A stretch of DNA of 64,000 nucleotides from Stylophora pistillata (Eukaryota): contig NW_019217921.1 in assembly GCF_002571385.2 (NCBI RefSeq), positions 36,562-100,561 on the forward strand, read 5' to 3'. The position numbers were made by a program, and so were the translations under genes. The notes below the pieces were generated by a model, which was not told where the DNA came from, made no database searches, and saw only the letters and a program-made list of their open reading frames with translations. Shown in pieces: positions 58,801-64,000 of this stretch; positions within the stretch are counted from its first letter, which is position 1; every line of letters starts with the position of its first letter.

Positions 58801-59775
58801 TCCATAGTACATAAATATTGTGACTCTTGTATACAGTTACTAGACTGTTATTATATTAAAAAAAAGAAAAGAAAAAAAACATGTACTGTAGCCCCTAGCA
58901 AGTTATATACTAGGTAAATTAATTCAGAGCAGAATATAAAAAAAAAATGCCTGTTTACTTTTATTAGTAATCAATTATTTAGTAAAAATTTGTGCCATTA
59001 GTAAACTCCCACATGTTTGTTTATGTTGCCCTGAAAAAAAGATAGATGCTGAACTTAACTTTTCAAAATTACTTATACTTTGCTGTAATTTGATTTCAGA
59101 TTGTAATGTATTTTCACCTCTAAATGCTCTTTTCCTGTGACATTGATTTAGTTTGATTAGATTAAAAGACATTTCAACGCACATTACAGGAAGTAGACAA
59201 TATTCAACACACATGCCTGTTTACAAGAAGTGAAATAAATATCTTGCATTTCCTGAGTGCCATCTGCACAGAAAAACTGCTTGCTTAGGTTACTTAACGT
59301 TTTTGATACAAGAAGTTCAGCCGTGACTTTGATAAACTAATTTAAATATAAAACAAATATATTATAACCAAAACTATTCACGGCTAATCCGCAGATGGTA
59401 ATTTCTATTCGATTCAAAAGGTTTGTGTTTCACCGTTTCAAAATCGGCTTGTATCGCTCAACCGGAAGTAACATGTGTGTAGATAGTGTAACAAATTTAC
59501 CTTCACAAACTTTTCAAATAAAAACAAAAACACGCAATTGAAAAATAAAAATTTAAACTAATCTCAAGGAACATGATTGTCCCACCCTCCCAATATCTAT
59601 TTCGACCTTCGTGACATCCATAACATTGATTTCGAGGCTGCCTTTTGCTGGTCGAAATCGAGAAGCTGGTCGAACAGGTTACAACGCGATAGTTGAATTA
59701 CAGTGCATTACAAGCGTTACAAAAAAACTTACCAAAATATTGAGCGGCATTAAAAACGCCTGGAATCTGTGCCAT
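40848..59775 (-). CDS. SEC16A: Protein transport protein SEC16 (ER exit-site scaffold), 33 exons, about 2238 aa; one in-frame TAA at 48322-48324
   Basis: Exons: 59733-59775, 58678-58735, 58254-58350, 57631-57711, 57220-57498, 55210-55413, 54843-54969, 53482-54527, 51410-53234, 50584-50744, 49927-49985, 49471-49597, 49104-49274, 48771-48868, 48286-48367, 48038-48143, 47648-47759, 47422-47476, 47278-47334, 47056-47109, 46738-46824, 46484-46570, 45300-46068, 45131-45207, 44719-44811, 44518-44571, 44309-44405, 44028-44201, 43592-43735, 43170-43230, 42716-42752, 41843-41905, 40848-40979. Total 6717 nt, phases consistent. SEC16 motifs: AFPGPL, LWGHAMMLA, WQRNLAAMVAN, LGDTL, AHLCYLLA, LIGVDH, GGWF, LPDDKKKSIYWDEDLKKWVN, YVDVLNP. 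The low-complexity terminal exons are less certain. Confidence 0.9.
45365..45625 (-). repeat. Coding 27-bp tandem repeat (QEPSWSDNR)x9 in SEC16
   Basis: Visible in the DNA (CCATGAGGGCTCTTGACGATTATCACT) and in ORF 45289-45873. Confidence 0.95.
52535..53075 (-). repeat. Coding repeat of about 45-46 aa, x4, in SEC16
   Basis: GxDQxxAPP..H(V/L)G.E.V....VN(H/R)QPD(V/I/L)QP occurs four times in ORF 51399-53213. Confidence 0.85.
53830..54285 (-). repeat. Coding 18-bp tandem repeat (QxPPMQ)n in SEC16
   Basis: GCTGCATTGGTGGA(C/G)C.T units giving a Gln/Pro/Met-rich hexapeptide array. Confidence 0.9.
56626..56790 (+). repeat. Short tandem repeat (about 65-bp unit, about 2.5 copies) derived from a MITE end
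   Basis: CCCC.AAGAGTGACTAGCATCTAA.TTCTCCT occurs three times. Confidence 0.75.
56822..56885 (+). mobile_element. tRNA-derived SINE fragment
   Basis: AGCGCTGCACTGGTATCGCAGAGGTCAGTGGTTCGAATCCC has a perfect B-box, but the 5' tRNA half is missing. Next to a gap. Confidence 0.55.
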
Positions 59776-60084
59776 GTTATAGGCTGACCTCAGTAATTCT
59801 TTAGAGGTAGAAACTACTAGAGCGACGAATGTGTAGAACGAATTCACGGTGCTCAAGCTAGGATTTCTCGCACCTATGAGATCCCCTAATCCATTACGGA
59901 GTTCTGGGACTTCCTCCCGACGGGACGAAGCCAGAGATCACCGATGGACCAAGGGAAACATCAGTTTAACAGTGCAACAACGTGGAATGAAGTTTGGTGA
60001 GTCCAACAAAGTTCTCGAAGATACAAACTTTCCTACAGATATGCTAATCAATTTCTCTCCGCGAACTCACCACAGCGAATGATT

Positions 60085-60250
60085 CCGCCACGTCACTTGA
60101 CGCATTGTTTACGAAGGTTCTCCGCTGATGTCAAATTACGGAAGTCTCGCGCTCTCGAACGTCTCACCGGAAGTAAGTTGAAACAAAGATCAGATTTGAG
60201 AAACGCTTCTTTCCAAGACCTTACGTACAAACTAGCATGTTTGACTTCCG
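60085..60250 (-). promoter_or_regulatory. Putative SEC16 promoter region
   Basis: CpG-rich segment about 300-450 bp upstream of the ATG. It has ETS-like CGGAAGT motifs (about 60138, 60168, 60244) and CCACGTCA / TGACGCA (CREB/ATF-like, bZIP) motifs. Confidence 0.35.
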
Positions 60251-61159
60251 TCTGAGCTACTAGCGGGTTAAATCTAAACGTTTATTGTTCTATGAAAATA
60301 AAAAGTGCTACAATATTAAAAAAAAAATAGTTTTGGTCCAAATTTATTAGACTTTGTCAGGATAATTTATGTGCATTCTTGTGTATTCTTGGCCGTAGCG
60401 AAGGAACAGCCTCTACTTGAAAATGTAAATTGATACATCTAGTGGTGGAATATAATAAAAAAGCCTTTAGTGTGTTAAAATCATTTGAAATGTTAAGATT
60501 AGCTTTTTAACATCGAATCTTTCGAACCGAATTCCCGATTTTATGAATCATAGGGTGAGCAAGTAAAAAACAACCGTGAGAGGCATGAATACGTCGAAAA
60601 AGAACCATTTCACGAGAGAATTCAACTCAGTGGTCTATGATGAGCTTTACCAAAACTGTCCCGTTTGAAAATCAGGGCTAAGTTTGTAACTCAAACCGGC
60701 AAGCATGTCAGAATCTAGTGCCACAAATCACGAATGAAAATCTCTTACCAATGGTAGGTCGAATGATCGTCAATCAAGCCAGTGAATGAACGTAGTTGTT
60801 GTCTCCCAATCCAGCATCAGACAACATCAAAATTCATTATTCGTGATGAGGATCGATCGTCTCAAAGAAAGACTGTCACATGACCCAATATCATTAGTTC
60901 CCAGGCTATTGTCATTGAGGATTTCTGAAGATATTTCGGTGTCACGTTTCGGACGCCGACACGTATCTTGTCATCTGGTTACGAATGGCATCTGATAGTT
61001 TACAAATGCAACCTGGATATGAGATGAATCAAACTTTTTCCGCTTTTAACCCAGATAAAGCCAATGAAACGACCCTCACTCAAATCTCTCGAAGATGACA
61101 CCCCTAACTGCGANNNNNNNNNNNNNNNNNNNNNNNNNNNNNNNNNNNNNNNNNNNNNN

Positions 61160-61619
61160 NNNNNNNNNNNAAAAAAAATTGTTAAATCCGAATCCGTTCG
61201 CTACTTGTCTCGTAAAAAGGTGGAAAACGCACCTTGAGCTGTTGTGTGTTAGCTAGGCAATGGCTTTCCCATCGAGCGAATCGCAATCGGTGGGGTACAG
61301 TGTCATGGATAAGGGCGCGAACACAGCAAACGTCTCAGTTCGTTACTATTTTCCTGATGCGTGACATGCAGAGAGTCTCGTCCGTGACAAAAAAAAATAC
61401 ACATACTCAGAAATCAACGCATTTCTGACGATCGTTCAGATCCACGATCCGAACTTCCTCACATGCAAAATCCAAAATACGAACCTAAAAAATCGACGAA
61501 ACCGCGAACCGTTGCAATTTCAGGATCCGCAAATCCGTTAAAATTTTGCTCTAAATCCGAAATCCAGGCAAAATAATTTTCCCAGAGTCCGCCAATCCGT
61601 TAGCCTATTAACTCCCCTC
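61160..61619. mobile_element. DNA transposon end with AATCCG subterminal repeats
   Basis: Many (A/G)ATCCG motifs, ending ...TAGCCTATTAACTCCCCTC. The other end is probably in or before the gap. Confidence 0.4.
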
Positions 61620-62048
61620 TTTAAACCTTGAAAGAGAAAAAGGGCAGACTAAAGGTGGTTTGCAACCAATCTCTAGAGACACATTTAACAATGGTGAAAG
61701 GAACAAATACTGGTGGACGAACAAAAGAAGTTAATGAGATATCTATTGTTTGCGTCCACCAACATGGCGGCGATGACGTAACGCGAAAACCACCTATTAG
61801 ACTTCTTTGTATCCGTTTTTCAGAATGTCACGCAACGCTGCGCTGCCCCTACCGCGGCGGACTTTTGCGCGACAACATGGGTCCGTCCTGGTTCAAGTGG
61901 TACCATTGATTCGCCTGGAATAATTGTTTTCCATCCTCTCAGTTTCCGCTCTGAATAAAGCGATAGTGCTTACCCTTCACCCCACAAATTTAGAAGTAGC
62001 CTCTTCCTAAGTGTAATAATAAAACCTACTACTTACTGGTTGAAAATT

Positions 62049-62904
62049 GGGGCCTTTTTACATGGAGGTGAAGAACTGCCCAAGTGGGTGAAGTATTTTC
62101 ATACAATCTAACAACCCCAGGTTGCTGGGGTGTAGTTTCTCGAGGTTGTTATTGCGCTTGCAGTAGGGAATTTAGGCATCCCAAGCTCACGTCTCGACAG
62201 AGACGAAAGACCAATTCTCGAACACGTATTTATTTATTCATGAAAGCGCCTCGCGTTGTGTTATTCGGTATAAGGTTATACGAGGAACCGTTCACAATTT
62301 GAACCCGTTAATACGTTTTAAAGAATGGTATGGGAAACGAAATTTGGTCCATCTACGACGCTATGTATACCGAAATGTGAACATTTTACACTCCTTGTGC
62401 ATCCGTTGCGGTTTCTGGTGATCTCTGCCGTGTTGGGCTTGCTTTACCATCATGCATCACTGTCATTCCTATCATAGTCCGTCTTATGAGATGAAATTTA
62501 TTTTCCCCTCAGATTTTCGCCAATACATTGAGTTCAAAGTAAAAAATGTGAGTAAATTGCTTCCGAGGTTTCATTGTTAAAAGGACGTGACAGTTGATGT
62601 TTTAACGCTTTAAGCTCTGTATGGAAGTACAAAGTTTTAAAACACACGTGTTTTGGTTTTGAGCTTTTTACCATGCACGTGACCCCGTATGGGCGGGTTG
62701 CCACACTTAAAGACATCTACTTCGGCAAATTGGTACCCCGGCAGACTGGGTAACCCTACCCTAAAGACCGAGCAACCCGCCTAGGCAGGTCACCCCATCA
62801 TGTAAACGTGACCAAGATAAAATCAAAACTTATATGGACAGGGGGGTTACCCCACCTAAGCGGGTTACCTTACCTGGGATCTCCCACCTCCATGATACAG
62901 GGCC
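62049..62904. mobile_element. PIF/Harbinger-like MITE
   Basis: Inverted ends GGCCTTTTTACATGGAGGTG and CACCTCCATGATACAGGGCC, with subterminal GGGTTACC/GGTAACCC repeats. Confidence 0.55.
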
Positions 62905-63744
62905 GACAGGAGCCCATTGGCTCCTGGGCCCGACAAGAATGAATTTTGAAGGCATTCTGCACCTTTAAGTTTTGCCTATGCCAGTGAAACTCGAGCAGCT
63001 AATAAAGCTTGTACAAACTATGTGTTCTTACAGCGCTTAGAGGACTTCTCGTATTTTCTCGAATGAAAACGTAACGCTACGAATGAGAAGGTCACGAAAA
63101 GAACTTTCAAGGTCAACTGCTTTGAAACGATTGCTTGCTGTGCTTTTTGATAAAACGGATTTTGCACAACACTGAATGCGGAAACTTTAAGATCATCGCC
63201 GGATTCTCAATACCAGTTCTAAGCAGAGAACAAGAAGAGGTTTTATGAATTCAACGTTTCAATTTACAGACTGATCTTTATTAATCAGTTTCTTTAAGTC
63301 CTTTACGTTACTCGATGCCTTCTTTTATCCATCATGGCTTTGGTCCGTCACTGTTTTTTCGCAATTCTTTTTTATGTGTATCCGCACATTTCACCAATTT
63401 TCTTGATATTTTTTAGCTGCTATCTATTTTGGTAATGTGCCATTCATTTATTCTAGAAAACCGCAATTTCCTTCCTTCCAGAAATCTCTGGCAAACGAGT
63501 AGAGAAAAATTACAAAACTCCTGTCAATAAACAATTCCACTTAAGGTTACGCCTACGAAACGCCCGTGTATAATAAGTAATTTGTGAATATTTTTACCGC
63601 GATCCACTCACATGTGACTCACGGTTTGGCGTTTGGACTCTAATAACTGCTGCCCCACGCGTGAGGACGAGTCTTTACTTACAAAGCCTCGCAAGAGGAC
63701 ATGAAACAGAGACTTGGGAATATTTTTTTTTCATCGCTGTAAGA

Positions 63745-64000
63745 ATGGACTATCGCCAGGGAAAATTATCTTACGAAGAATGTTTCGCAGATGACGAATC
63801 TGACTGTGGAGTGCGCTTAGTCAGCCGTGGAAGGAAACACAATCAACGGCTACTGGGACGAAGTTATCCCATTACTTCACACTCTACAGAAGAGAACGAA
63901 TGTGTTTTTGACTCAGAATGGGCTCTTAAGAGAAGATGTAGCCTTTCTTCGCTTATTTACTCCAAATTTCTCACGAGATTGGATGACAGAACGAAGAATA
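63745..64000 (+). CDS. Possible first coding exon of next gene (open to window edge)
   Basis: ATG at 63745, then 85 codons with no stop (MDYRQGKLSYEECFADDESDCGVRLVSRG...). No recognisable motif. Confidence 0.3.
   Translation, partial: MDYRQGKLSYEECFADDESDCGVRLVSRGRKHNQRLLGRSYPITSHSTEENECVFDSEWALKRRCSLSSLIYSKFLTRLDDRTKN

Overview
Eukaryotic, AT-rich, intron-rich animal DNA with several N gaps. The repeat families suggest a scleractinian coral; this is an inference. I reconstructed three spliced minus-strand genes by hand from GT-AG boundaries and continuous reading phase. (1) The 5' part of NAMPT: 8 exons, 501-5866, running off the left edge. (2) A complete SLC44A2/4/5-type choline transporter-like gene: 28 exons, about 712 aa, 9308-32257. 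It contains one U12 (minor-spliceosome) intron and a 1.15-kb duplication of three exons around a single N, probably an assembly artefact. (3) A complete SEC16 gene: 33 exons, about 2238 aa, 40848-59775. It has an in-frame TAA at a conserved Tyr position in the central domain and several coding tandem repeats. Between SLC44A and SEC16 lies an intronless 921-aa multi-pass membrane protein of unknown function (35289-38054, +), about 200 bp downstream of a young internally deleted piggyBac. The most notable mobile element is a 4.1-kb intronic DNA transposon (17957-22058) with roughly 250-bp TIRs, TAT..ATA ends and a 6-bp TSD. It looks IS3EU-like and carries a HECT E3-ligase remnant. Also present are a Tigger/pogo deletion derivative, hAT-, P-, CMC- and Harbinger-like MITEs, tRNA-SINEs, degenerate Penelope-type hammerhead motifs and bipartite-hairpin repeats. 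No database searches were run; family assignments rest on recalled motifs.
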